Shown one piece after another: positions 1-8,374 of a stretch of DNA of 64,000 bases. Under the pieces are notes generated by a model. The model was given only the letters and a program-made list of their open reading frames with translations. It was not told where the DNA came from and ran no database searches. The DNA is from an uncultured virus (IMG/VR IMGVR_UViG_3300032007_004036) (lineage: Duplodnaviria; Heunggongvirae; Uroviricota; Caudoviricetes): IMG/VR virus record IMGVR_UViG_3300032007_004036; one strand, 5' to 3'. How positions within the stretch are numbered: position 1 is the first letter of the stretch; each line of letters starts with the position of its first letter. The translations under genes were made by a program, and so were the position numbers.

Positions 1-145
1 GACATCCGCTCCCGAACACGTCGGCACAGTAATCACAGTCAGCTCCTGCTTTTAAGTATCTGTTATCAGTTATGTGCGAATAGTTTACGTCAATAGAGTA
101 TTCGCAGTTCTGAACGGGGCAGAAGCCTGTTACTGTTTCAAACAT
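1..145 (-). CDS. Small Cys-rich protein, runs off the window start (MFETVTGFCPVQNCEYSIDVNY...)
   Basis: Translated by hand; GGAGGTG RBS and own promoter TTGACG-N18-TATAAT at 199-170. Confidence 0.7.
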   Translation of the reverse strand, partial: MFETVTGFCPVQNCEYSIDVNYSHITDNRYLKAGADCDYCADVFGSGC

Positions 146-214
146 TAATATCACCTCCCTTCCACCACAATTATAACAGACGGAAGAGAGGAACGTCAAG
201 GAGGTGAAGTGACC

Positions 215-340
215 GTGGAAGCCAAAACGGCAAATGAGCTTTATGAGAGTCTTTCAGACCAGAATAAAGCTACAATAGATGCCCTGTCAAAACTTATGTA
301 TGCACTATTTATCAATATTAGTGCTGTGGCGAAAAGATAA
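215..340 (+). CDS. Small hypothetical phage protein (41 aa)
   Basis: AAGGAGGTG RBS, GTG start, open to TAA at 338-340. Confidence 0.55.
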   Translation: MEAKTANELYESLSDQNKATIDALSKLMYALFINISAVAKR

Positions 341-351
341 AAACTCGCTAT

Positions 352-604
352 TCACGGCGAGAGAAAGGAGTAGAACATGGACAAACTTATAATTCCCTCA
401 AGGAATGAGCTTGAGGACGGCACGCATATCCGCGTAAGCAAAAAGATGAAGGAGCTCGTTGACGAGATAGCGAAGCGCTCTGGACGCAGCCAGTACGTCA
501 TCATTAATAAGATGATAGAGTTCGCTTATGAGCGCGTTGTTATAGAGGACGACGAAGAAGAGGAGTAAACTCGTACAACCCACCATCACGGCGAGAGAAA
601 GGAG
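352..604 (+). repeat. 19-bp exact direct repeat TCACGGCGAGAGAAAGGAG at 352-370 and 586-604
   Basis: Read directly; each copy contains the RBS of the next gene. Confidence 0.9.
377..568 (+). CDS. Ribbon-helix-helix (Arc/CopG-like) DNA-binding protein
   Basis: THIRVSKKMKELVDEIAKRSGRSQYVIINKMIEFA fits the RHH pattern; AAGGAG RBS. Confidence 0.7.
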   Translation: MDKLIIPSRNELEDGTHIRVSKKMKELVDEIAKRSGRSQYVIINKMIEFAYERVVIEDDEEEE

Positions 605-611
605 GGGGAGG

Positions 612-842
612 GTGATAGGTTATTTAAAATTACGCAAAAAAGTGAAGGAGCTTGAAACAAGGCTTAAAGCAAAGGAACAAGAAGCGGAAATGCTTCATAG
701 ACAGCTTGAAGATTTCCATGCTCCAGGCGAGTATAAAAGTGAATTCTGCAAAGCTTGCAGATTCAACTACGGCGTGGTAGACGGAAGAATTATCTGTAAA
801 GCTTGTGATGACATTCCTTGCGAGCATTTTGAGCCTAAATAA
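612..842 (+). CDS. Hypothetical protein, coiled coil plus Cys cluster
   Basis: Strong RBS; CKAC motifs. Confidence 0.65.
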   Translation: MIGYLKLRKKVKELETRLKAKEQEAEMLHRQLEDFHAPGEYKSEFCKACRFNYGVVDGRIICKACDDIPCEHFEPK

Positions 843-1143
843 ACAGATCTATGATTGCAACCAAAAGCGCCAAAGCAGATAATATGAGAGCTGCCCAAGC
901 GTGAAAGGACGCTCGATGAATCTCCCGATGATTCTCAAAATATTTTTCATAAGCTATCATTCCGTTATTGGTGATAACAAGTTTGGGGGATTTAGTTATG
1001 CTGCCATCACGGTTGACTTTAGAAGTTTTATGAGCAATAAGACCTTTATCAAGGAGAGTATCTGTAAGTTCGTCACTAATTATAAGATATTCTGCTTGTT
1101 TGAATTTCTTTAAAAGCTTGTATTCTTTTTTAGTTATATCCAA
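835..1143 (-). CDS. Moron-like antisense gene, protein with C-terminal TM helix
   Basis: GGAGGAGGTG RBS, probable TTG start at 1143, promoter TTGCCA-N18-TATAAT (1196-1167), AT-rich, hydrophobic C-terminus. Confidence 0.75.
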   Translation of the reverse strand: MDITKKEYKLLKKFKQAEYLIISDELTDTLLDKGLIAHKTSKVNRDGSITKSPKLVITNNGMIAYEKYFENHREIHRASFHAWAALILSALALLVAIIDLFI

Positions 1144-1243
1144 TTCAATCACCTCCTCCCGTGCTTATTATATCATGCAGTGGGAGCAGGTGGCAACCCG
1201 TACAACCCATACCGCATAGAATAGACCGAAAGGAGTTGTTATT

Positions 1244-1441
1244 ATGGCTAAACGTACAGAACTCAAATGCGTAAGCTACATATCTATCGGCGGAGCGCCG
1301 CCAGTGAGGTTTGACAGCCTTACACCTGAAAAGAGAGCAGAGTGTGTTGCGAAAATGGCTGATAACATCGGCAGAACGCTCAGCACTTACTGCTCAGAAC
1401 ATCCGGAAGAGGCTCGTCCTCTTATGAATGCACAGAGATAG
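1244..1441 (+). CDS. Hypothetical phage protein
   Basis: AAGGAG RBS, 65-aa ORF. Confidence 0.7.
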   Translation: MAKRTELKCVSYISIGGAPPVRFDSLTPEKRAECVAKMADNIGRTLSTYCSEHPEEARPLMNAQR

Positions 1442-1484
1442 TCCCGGCAGGGGCTATGTGGACAAGCTCAGAAAGGAGCATCAC

Positions 1485-1637
1485 ATGAAAATCTACAAGA
1501 TAACACTTTGTTCCCGGTGGGGCGAGCCATATGTTGTGACCGTCGCCGGAAGCAGTCTCGCAGAAGCGATGAAGCAGGTAACACTCGACCCCGGCTGGAT
1601 ATTCGGGAGCTACTCGGTACTGGGGGTGATAGCATGA
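1485..1637 (+). CDS. Hypothetical phage protein (MKIYKITL...)
   Basis: AAGGAG RBS before ATG 1485; ATGA overlap with next gene. Confidence 0.65.
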   Translation: MKIYKITLCSRWGEPYVVTVAGSSLAEAMKQVTLDPGWIFGSYSVLGVIA

Positions 1638-1852
1638 ACGGACTTGAAAGCAACGTCGGATTGCTGCTATTTATACTCGCGGTCTGCCTTGCGTATCCAT
1701 ACGTGAAGAGGTTTGCAGAGTGGTTCAAGCGCCGGTACGCTATCATGAAGCGCTGCCAGTACCGCCGGGACGCTCTGAGGACGAACCTCAGACTGTACAA
1801 GAATACCGGCGAGGACTACTACATCGAGCGCGTTCGCGAGCTCGGGAGGTGA
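1634..1852 (+). CDS. Small membrane protein (MNGLESNVG...)
   Basis: N-terminal hydrophobic helix; coupled overlaps at both ends. Confidence 0.65.
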   Translation: MNGLESNVGLLLFILAVCLAYPYVKRFAEWFKRRYAIMKRCQYRRDALRTNLRLYKNTGEDYYIERVRELGR

Positions 1853-2079
1853 TGACTATGACAGAAGAACAGCGCAAGAAGGATTTTTTCGTCGAGACTA
1901 AACTTTATCCTTTACTCGACGCTATCGAGGACCACTTAATCTATGCAGAATACGAGGTTGATAAGCACGGCGAAGAATTCGTAGTTCTGACTTACGGGAA
2001 TCCGTTGTCGGGACGTCGTATCAGGGTTACTGGTGACAGCCTTAAAGCCCTCACTATTGATGTTCTCAAGCACATATAG
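1852..2079 (+). CDS. Hypothetical phage protein
   Basis: GGAGG RBS, TGATG overlap. Confidence 0.65.
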   Translation: MTMTEEQRKKDFFVETKLYPLLDAIEDHLIYAEYEVDKHGEEFVVLTYGNPLSGRRIRVTGDSLKALTIDVLKHI

Positions 2080-2084
2080 CGGAG

Positions 2085-2357
2085 GTGGATGTGATGAAGG
2101 TCGATGAATCGTTCACAGACAGGCACGGACGCAGCTGCCTCGTGTTCTCAGGCGTGAAGAAGTTCTCCGACGTGTACGACTGGCTGTTTGACCACTACAA
2201 CGGCTACAAGTTTGGCATAGTGCTCGACTGTTCTGTGTCTGAGCACCCCGGAACGGAGAATCAGATATACGTTCACTTCCTGGATGAACTCCACGATGAA
2301 GTGGCACTCGAGGCTGGATATATCCGCAAGGACAAGGACACATATGTCCACAGATAA
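2085..2357 (+). CDS. Hypothetical phage protein
   Basis: GGAGG RBS; start may be ATG 2094. Confidence 0.65.
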   Translation: MDVMKVDESFTDRHGRSCLVFSGVKKFSDVYDWLFDHYNGYKFGIVLDCSVSEHPGTENQIYVHFLDELHDEVALEAGYIRKDKDTYVHR

Positions 2358-2359
2358 AG

Positions 2360-2435
2360 AAAAAAGCTCCCCGAAGGGAGCAAAAACAAAAAAATATACC
2401 ACCAATACTATATCATGAATAAGGAGAAATGTCAA
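2360..2435 (-). promoter_or_regulatory. Antisense sigma-A promoter (TTGACA-N17-TATAGT) followed by a GCTCCC-TTCG-GGGAGC + T-run terminator
   Basis: -35 at 2435-2430, -10 at 2412-2407, hairpin 2366-2381. Confidence 0.65.
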
Positions 2436-3802
2436 TGGAAATTGAAGAACTCGAACTTGAAGTGAAGGTGTATAACCGGCTGAAAAAAGCCGGTATCAAT
2501 ACGACAGACGAGCTCCTGAGCGAAATGTACAAGGGTAGCAGTGATATAAAAGTTTCTGCACCGGACGCAAAGCGGTGCGAAGAAGCTTTGAAAGCTGTCG
2601 GAATTATAAAGTATGTGCGAGGCGACTACGTCACAGAGGACGACATTGAGTCTGAGCCGCTGACGTGGGATGAGCTTCACGACTGCATCGGCAAACTTGT
2701 TGTACACGATTACAGTACAGAGTCGCACAGGTGGCTGAGAGTCTGCTGGGTATATGATATACAGGACGACGGCGAGGGGAACCTGATATATAACTGCGGA
2801 TTCAGCGGTTACAGTTACTCACGCCGTTCTACTGTCAACGGCGATTTGACAAAGGATTTCAGCCCTTTTCTGAAATATGAAGGGCGATTTTTTAGACTGA
2901 AACAGGAGGTACCACCAATGCCAAAAACACAGGTATTATCCGTCGACTACACAAAGGCAGTAACACTCACAAGACGCATCAAAGCCAATGCACAGGCGGC
3001 TCAGGACTCTCTGTTCGAGGTCTGCAAGGGACTGAAGGAGATGCACGACAGCAAGCTCTACAAAGAGCTTGGGTATCAGAACTTCGGGGAATACAGTGAG
3101 AATGAAATCGGTATCAGTCGCAGGCAGGCACAGAAGTATGCCATGATCGGTGACATGGAAAATGGGAAGTCGACTTCCCATTTTGAAACACTCGGAACTG
3201 AAAAACTCTACATCCTCGCCAAGCTCGACGAGCCTCAGAGAGAGGAGATACAGCAAACAGTCGATGTGGAAGAGGTCTCCGTGAAGGAACTGAAAGCTGA
3301 GATTGAAAAGCTGAAAGCGGAGAAATCAAAGTTTGATGAAGAGAAAGCCGGCTATAAGGAACGTCAGGACAAGCTATTGAAGAAAAACATAGAGCTTGTA
3401 GAAGAGCGTGACAAAGCTCAGCAGAAGCAGGAGAAGCTTGCCGCCAAGTTAAATGCAGAAGGAGCAAGATCCGCAGAGCTCGAAAAGCAGATACAGGAAC
3501 TTGAAAGCCGCCCTCGAGACAGCTATGAGGATACTACCAAGATAGAAGCTTTGAAAAAGGAACTTGAAGAAGCAGAGGCACGCCACAAAATCGAGCTTGC
3601 CAGTGCTCAGAGCGCTCCTGCGGAAGACATCAAAGGCATATTCAAAGCTCACATGATGGCGGCAGTAGACGCGCTTAAACATCTGACACAGTTTACCGAG
3701 CTTCACATAGATTCTCCCGAGAAGACCATATTTATCGAGAAGCTTGTAAATGTGGATATACTTATCAACCAGACTATTTCAAAACTGAAAGGAGAAAAGT
3801 AA
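2429..3802 (+). CDS. RNA polymerase alpha-CTD-like N-terminus fused to DUF3102-like/coiled-coil phage protein
   Basis: IEELELEVKVYNRLKKAGINTTDELL resembles the RpoA CTD; GKSTSHFETLGTEKLYILAKL resembles DUF3102; internal RBS and ATG at 2918. Confidence 0.8.
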   Translation: MSMEIEELELEVKVYNRLKKAGINTTDELLSEMYKGSSDIKVSAPDAKRCEEALKAVGIIKYVRGDYVTEDDIESEPLTWDELHDCIGKLVVHDYSTESHRWLRVCWVYDIQDDGEGNLIYNCGFSGYSYSRRSTVNGDLTKDFSPFLKYEGRFFRLKQEVPPMPKTQVLSVDYTKAVTLTRRIKANAQAAQDSLFEVCKGLKEMHDSKLYKELGYQNFGEYSENEIGISRRQAQKYAMIGDMENGKSTSHFETLGTEKLYILAKLDEPQREEIQQTVDVEEVSVKELKAEIEKLKAEKSKFDEEKAGYKERQDKLLKKNIELVEERDKAQQKQEKLAAKLNAEGARSAELEKQIQELESRPRDSYEDTTKIEALKKELEEAEARHKIELASAQSAPAEDIKGIFKAHMMAAVDALKHLTQFTELHIDSPEKTIFIEKLVNVDILINQTISKLKGEK

Positions 3803-5085
3803 TGTCAGTAAAGATCAACGCGCTTGAGATCGAGAATGTCAAGCGCATCAAGGCAGTCGCACTCGAACCGTCGGAAAATGGACTGACGGTCATAGGCGGC
3901 AGAAACAATCAGGGCAAGACATCAGTGCTCGATGCTATATGCTGGGCACTCGGCGGAGAGAAATATCGTCCGTCACAGGCTCAGCGTGAAGGAGCGCTTG
4001 TACCGCCGAGCTTAAAGTTAACGCTCAGCAACGGCATAATTGTTGAGCGCAAGGGTAAGAACAGTTCTCTGAAAGTTATGGATCCGAACGGTAACAAGTC
4101 AGGTCAGCAGCTTCTCAACAGCTTTATCGAGACGTTTGCGCTTGATCTTCCGCAGTTCCTCAATGCGAGTTCACGCGACAAAGCAAATACACTTCTACAG
4201 ATAATTGGAGTAGGGGATAAGCTTTTTGAGCTTGAACGTCAGGAGAAAGCTAAGTATGACGAGCGTACTGCTATTGGACGTATCGCTGATCAGAAAGCGA
4301 AATTTGCAAAGGAAATGGAGTCCTATGACGGAGTTCCCGAGATACCGATATCCGCATCAGAGCTTATAGCTCAGCAGCAAGCTATACTTGCTAAGAACGG
4401 AGAGAATCAGCGTCTGCGTCAGCGCAAGGAGCAGTGTGACAGAGTGCTTGAACAGGCGCGGCAGGCACTTGATGAGGCTCAGAGACGCTTTGCACTGGCG
4501 CAGTCAAATGCACTGACTGCTGCTAAATCAGCAGAGAACTTACAGGACGAGTCGACCGCAGAGCTTGAAAAGAACATCGCAGATATCGAGATCATCAATG
4601 CAAAGGTCAGGGCAAATCTCGACAAAGTTAAAGCAGAGGAAGAAGCCAAAGGCTACAGCGACCAGTACGCAACTCTCACAACTAAGATCGAGAATATCCG
4701 CAAAGCTAAGTATGAGCTTCTGAACGGCGCAGACCTCCCGCTACCGGAGCTTTCTGTCGAGGACGGCGAGCTCACATACAAGAATCAGAAGTGGGATAAT
4801 ATGAGCGCATCACAGCAGCTTCGTGTAGCGACTGCTATTGTGCGGAAGCTCAATCCGGAATGCGGATTTGTGCTCCTCGATAAGCTTGAACAGATGGACG
4901 CTGATACACTTGCCGAGTTCGGAGCATGGCTCGAAAATGAAGGCTTACAGGTTATAGCGACAAGAGTGTCTACAGGCTCTGAGTGCAGTATCATCATCGA
5001 GGACGGATACGATGCAGCAGGTGTGATAAAACCAAAGCAGGAAGAAGCTGTTCCTGAATCCAAATGGACACCGGGAACATTCTGA
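3802..5085 (+). CDS. SMC/Rad50-like ABC-ATPase (AAA_23)
   Basis: Walker A GRNNQGKT, coiled coil, signature MSASQQ, Walker B FVLLDKLE. Confidence 0.9.
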   Translation: MSVKINALEIENVKRIKAVALEPSENGLTVIGGRNNQGKTSVLDAICWALGGEKYRPSQAQREGALVPPSLKLTLSNGIIVERKGKNSSLKVMDPNGNKSGQQLLNSFIETFALDLPQFLNASSRDKANTLLQIIGVGDKLFELERQEKAKYDERTAIGRIADQKAKFAKEMESYDGVPEIPISASELIAQQQAILAKNGENQRLRQRKEQCDRVLEQARQALDEAQRRFALAQSNALTAAKSAENLQDESTAELEKNIADIEIINAKVRANLDKVKAEEEAKGYSDQYATLTTKIENIRKAKYELLNGADLPLPELSVEDGELTYKNQKWDNMSASQQLRVATAIVRKLNPECGFVLLDKLEQMDADTLAEFGAWLENEGLQVIATRVSTGSECSIIIEDGYDAAGVIKPKQEEAVPESKWTPGTF

Positions 5086-5099
5086 GAAAGGAGAAAACT

Positions 5100-6179
5100 A
5101 TGAACTTTGAAGAAACAAACGGCATCCAGACAGGAAACGGCTTGAAGGTCGTGATCTACGGACAGGAAGGTGTCGGAAAATCAACACTTGCGTCACAGTT
5201 CCCCGGAGCTGTATTCATTGACTGCGAGGGAAGTACAACGCGCATGAATGTTCGCAGACTGCCGAGACCAACAAGCTGGGAAATGCTCAATAATGAGATG
5301 AGTTTTATTCTCGAAGCGTGCAAGGTCAAGGACTATCAGACCGTCATTATCGACACGTTCGACTGGGCGGAACGCCTTGCACTTGAAGCACTTTGTTCAC
5401 AGCACAATATCAGCGGTATTGAGGGCATGAACTACGGCAAGGGCTGGGAGTACGAAAAGGAAATGATAGGGCGCTTCCTCGACAGCACCGACCGGCTTAC
5501 CGCCGCAGGGGTGAACATAGTACTGCTCTGTCATGCTATTACCCGTAAAACAACTCTCCCGGAGGAAATGGAGGAATATGATCACTGGGAGCTGAAGCTA
5601 GGCAACAAGACTACAAACAAGATCGCTCCGCTCCTGAAAGAGTGGTCGGATATGACGCTGTTCCTTGCATTTCAGACGCACATCGAAGCAATGGACGACA
5701 AGGGCAAAAAGCACAAGGCAACGTCCTGTCAGCGCGTGATGTATACGACAAAGACAGCATGGTGGGATGCTAAGAACCGCTTCGGTTTGCCTGACAGGCT
5801 CCCCCTCGCATGGGAGAGCATAGCGCCGATATTCGCACCTTCAGAGCAGAAACTTCAAGTTGAGAGTACTGTTCCGCCTGCACAACAGCTCGTAAGAAAG
5901 GCACAGGAAGCAGGTGTATCCACAGAGCCGACGTGGGCGGATATAACTCCCGAAGACGATTTTACCGGCATCGCACCTGCGCTTACTGACCTGATGAAGG
6001 CAAATGACGTATCGACCTATGAGATAGAACATATCTGCTCAGAGGTGAAAAACTATATGCCGAAGGGTATGCCGGTAAAGGACTATCCGGAAGACTTCGT
6101 GCAGGGCTGTCTGATAGGAGCATGGCAGCAGGTGTATGCAGAAATAATAAAAGCACGCGAATCATTACCATTCAAGTAA
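5100..6179 (+). CDS. Sak4-like single-strand annealing ATPase (AAA_24)
   Basis: IYGQEGVGKST, VIIDTFD, WDAKNRFGL; followed by an SSB gene. Confidence 0.85.
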   Translation: MNFEETNGIQTGNGLKVVIYGQEGVGKSTLASQFPGAVFIDCEGSTTRMNVRRLPRPTSWEMLNNEMSFILEACKVKDYQTVIIDTFDWAERLALEALCSQHNISGIEGMNYGKGWEYEKEMIGRFLDSTDRLTAAGVNIVLLCHAITRKTTLPEEMEEYDHWELKLGNKTTNKIAPLLKEWSDMTLFLAFQTHIEAMDDKGKKHKATSCQRVMYTTKTAWWDAKNRFGLPDRLPLAWESIAPIFAPSEQKLQVESTVPPAQQLVRKAQEAGVSTEPTWADITPEDDFTGIAPALTDLMKANDVSTYEIEHICSEVKNYMPKGMPVKDYPEDFVQGCLIGAWQQVYAEIIKARESLPFK

Positions 6180-6191
6180 AGGAGAATTATT

Positions 6192-6764
6192 ATGGACTAT
6201 CAGAATCAGAACCCCTACAACAGCTATGACCAGCAGGCTCAGAATAACGGCTCATTCGGCTGGGACGACGTCATCACAGAGGAGAGCAGTTTTGTACTGC
6301 TCCCCGAAGGCAATTACAGATTCTCAATAAAGAAATTTGAGAAGGCTCGCTATGACGGCGGCGACAAGATTCCTGCCTGCCCGAAAGCTGTAGTCACGTT
6401 CGAGGTCTATACTCCGGACGGAAAATCAGTTGAGCTTACGGAGAACTTCCTTCTGCATCAGAAAATGGAGTGGAAGCTTTCAGAATTCTTTGCGTCTGTC
6501 GGACTTAAAAAGAAAGGCGAGCCTGTTCGTATGCTTTGGTCTCCTGAACTTATCGGCAAACAGGGCGTCTGCAAGATAATTTTACATAAATACAAGAAAG
6601 ACGGCGAAGACAGGCAGACTAACCGTATAGACAAGCTTTATCCGAGCTATGAACAGCCTCAGATTCAGCAGCCTGCACAGCAGTATGCACCGTCTCAGCA
6701 GCAGTATCAGCAGCCTGTACAGCAGTCTGCCCCTCAGAGTGGCTGGACACCGGGAAAATGGTGA
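6192..6764 (+). CDS. DUF669-type phage single-stranded DNA-binding protein
   Basis: LLPEGNY...WKLSEFFASVG motif, Gln-rich tail, position after Sak4. Confidence 0.8.
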   Translation: MDYQNQNPYNSYDQQAQNNGSFGWDDVITEESSFVLLPEGNYRFSIKKFEKARYDGGDKIPACPKAVVTFEVYTPDGKSVELTENFLLHQKMEWKLSEFFASVGLKKKGEPVRMLWSPELIGKQGVCKIILHKYKKDGEDRQTNRIDKLYPSYEQPQIQQPAQQYAPSQQQYQQPVQQSAPQSGWTPGKW

Positions 6765-6784
6765 TACAGGAAGGAGAATAGTAT

Positions 6785-8374
6785 ATGGAACTCAGACCAT
6801 ATCAACAGGAAGCAAGAGCGGCGGTCTGGGAGCAGTGGGAAACGGGCAGGGATAAAACTCTGCTCGTCCTTCCTACGGGCTGCGGAAAGACAATTGTTTT
6901 CGCTGCTATAACCGAGGACGCCGTCCGTAAAGGCTTTCGTGTGCTTATACTTGCGCATCGCGGTGAGCTTCTTGAACAGGCGGCGGATAAGATAATGAAA
7001 GCGACCGGTCTTGGTTGTGCAGTTGAAAAAGCAGAACAGAGCTGCAAGGGTCAGTGGTTCAGAGTTACCGTCGGCAGCGTTCAGACGCTCATGCGCGTAA
7101 AACGACTTGAACAGTTCTCGCGCGACTACTTTGATACTATCATCATTGACGAAGCTCATCATGCTATCTCAGACAGCTATCAGGTCATTCTCAAATATTT
7201 CAGCAGTGCAAAAGTCCTCGGAGTTACGGCAACTCCTGACCGCGGCGACCAGAAGAACCTCGGCAAGGTATTCGATAGTCTCGCCTATGAGTATACACTT
7301 CCGCAGGCTATCAAGGAAGGCTATCTCGTGCCGATCAGAGCTCTCACAGTGCCGATAAAGATCGACTTCACGAAAGTGGGAACTTCAGCTGGTGATTATA
7401 AGCCCGGTGATATTGCGACAGCTCTTGATCCTTACCTCGAATGTATTGCGGAGGAAATGGCAAAGCACTGCGCCGATCGTAAAACAGTTGTATTTCTGCC
7501 GCTTGTAAAGACATCGCAGAAGTTCCGCGACATACTGAACCGGCATGGATTCAGGGCAGCTGAGGTCAACGGTGATTCCGCCGACCGCGAAGAGATACTC
7601 AAAGACTATGCAAATGGTAAGTACAACGTACTATGCAATTCTATGCTGCTCACAGAAGGCTGGGACTGCCCGGAAGTTGACTGCGTTGTAGTGCTGCGAT
7701 CAACAAAGGTGCGGGCGCTGTATTGTCAGATGGTAGGGCGTGGAACTCGTCTCGCAGAAGGCAAGGATCATTTGCTGCTGCTTGATTTCCTCTGGCACAC
7801 GGAACACCATGAACTCTGCCGCCCTGCCTGCCTTATCGCAGAGAGTGAGGAGGTCGCGAAGAAAATGACAGAACAGATAGCAGAAGCAGGCTGTCCGGTA
7901 GACATCGAAGCCGCTGAAAAGACTGCTTCCGAGGACGTTGTACGCGACCGTGAAGCAGCTCTCGCTGAAAAGCTTGAAAAGATGAAGAAACGCAAGTCAA
8001 AGCTCGTTGACCCTATGCAGTACGCTATGAGCATACAGGACAACAGACTTAGCGGGTATATACCTTCCTTCGGGTGGGAGCAGAACCCTGTCAGTGAATC
8101 GCAAAAAAAAGACCTTGAAAAGAGCGGCATCGACCCCGAAGCAGTCGATACAGCAGGCAGAGCAGAACAGATACTCCGCGCCTGCGCTCAGAGACAGCTT
8201 GCCGGACTTGCAACTCCTAAGCAGATAAGAATGCTTGAACGCTATGGCTTTCAGCACGTCGGCAGCTGGAGCTTCAAAGCTGCTACAAATATGATACAGC
8301 GAATAGCCTGCCTCGGCTGGAAGCACGTTCCCAAAGGCGTCGAGCCATCTACATACACACCACAGGAGGCATAA
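6785..8374 (+). CDS. SF2 DEAD/DEAH helicase
   Basis: LRPYQ, PTGCGKT, DEAHH, TATP, QMVGRGTR. Confidence 0.95.
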   Translation: MELRPYQQEARAAVWEQWETGRDKTLLVLPTGCGKTIVFAAITEDAVRKGFRVLILAHRGELLEQAADKIMKATGLGCAVEKAEQSCKGQWFRVTVGSVQTLMRVKRLEQFSRDYFDTIIIDEAHHAISDSYQVILKYFSSAKVLGVTATPDRGDQKNLGKVFDSLAYEYTLPQAIKEGYLVPIRALTVPIKIDFTKVGTSAGDYKPGDIATALDPYLECIAEEMAKHCADRKTVVFLPLVKTSQKFRDILNRHGFRAAEVNGDSADREEILKDYANGKYNVLCNSMLLTEGWDCPEVDCVVVLRSTKVRALYCQMVGRGTRLAEGKDHLLLLDFLWHTEHHELCRPACLIAESEEVAKKMTEQIAEAGCPVDIEAAEKTASEDVVRDREAALAEKLEKMKKRKSKLVDPMQYAMSIQDNRLSGYIPSFGWEQNPVSESQKKDLEKSGIDPEAVDTAGRAEQILRACAQRQLAGLATPKQIRMLERYGFQHVGSWSFKAATNMIQRIACLGWKHVPKGVEPSTYTPQEA

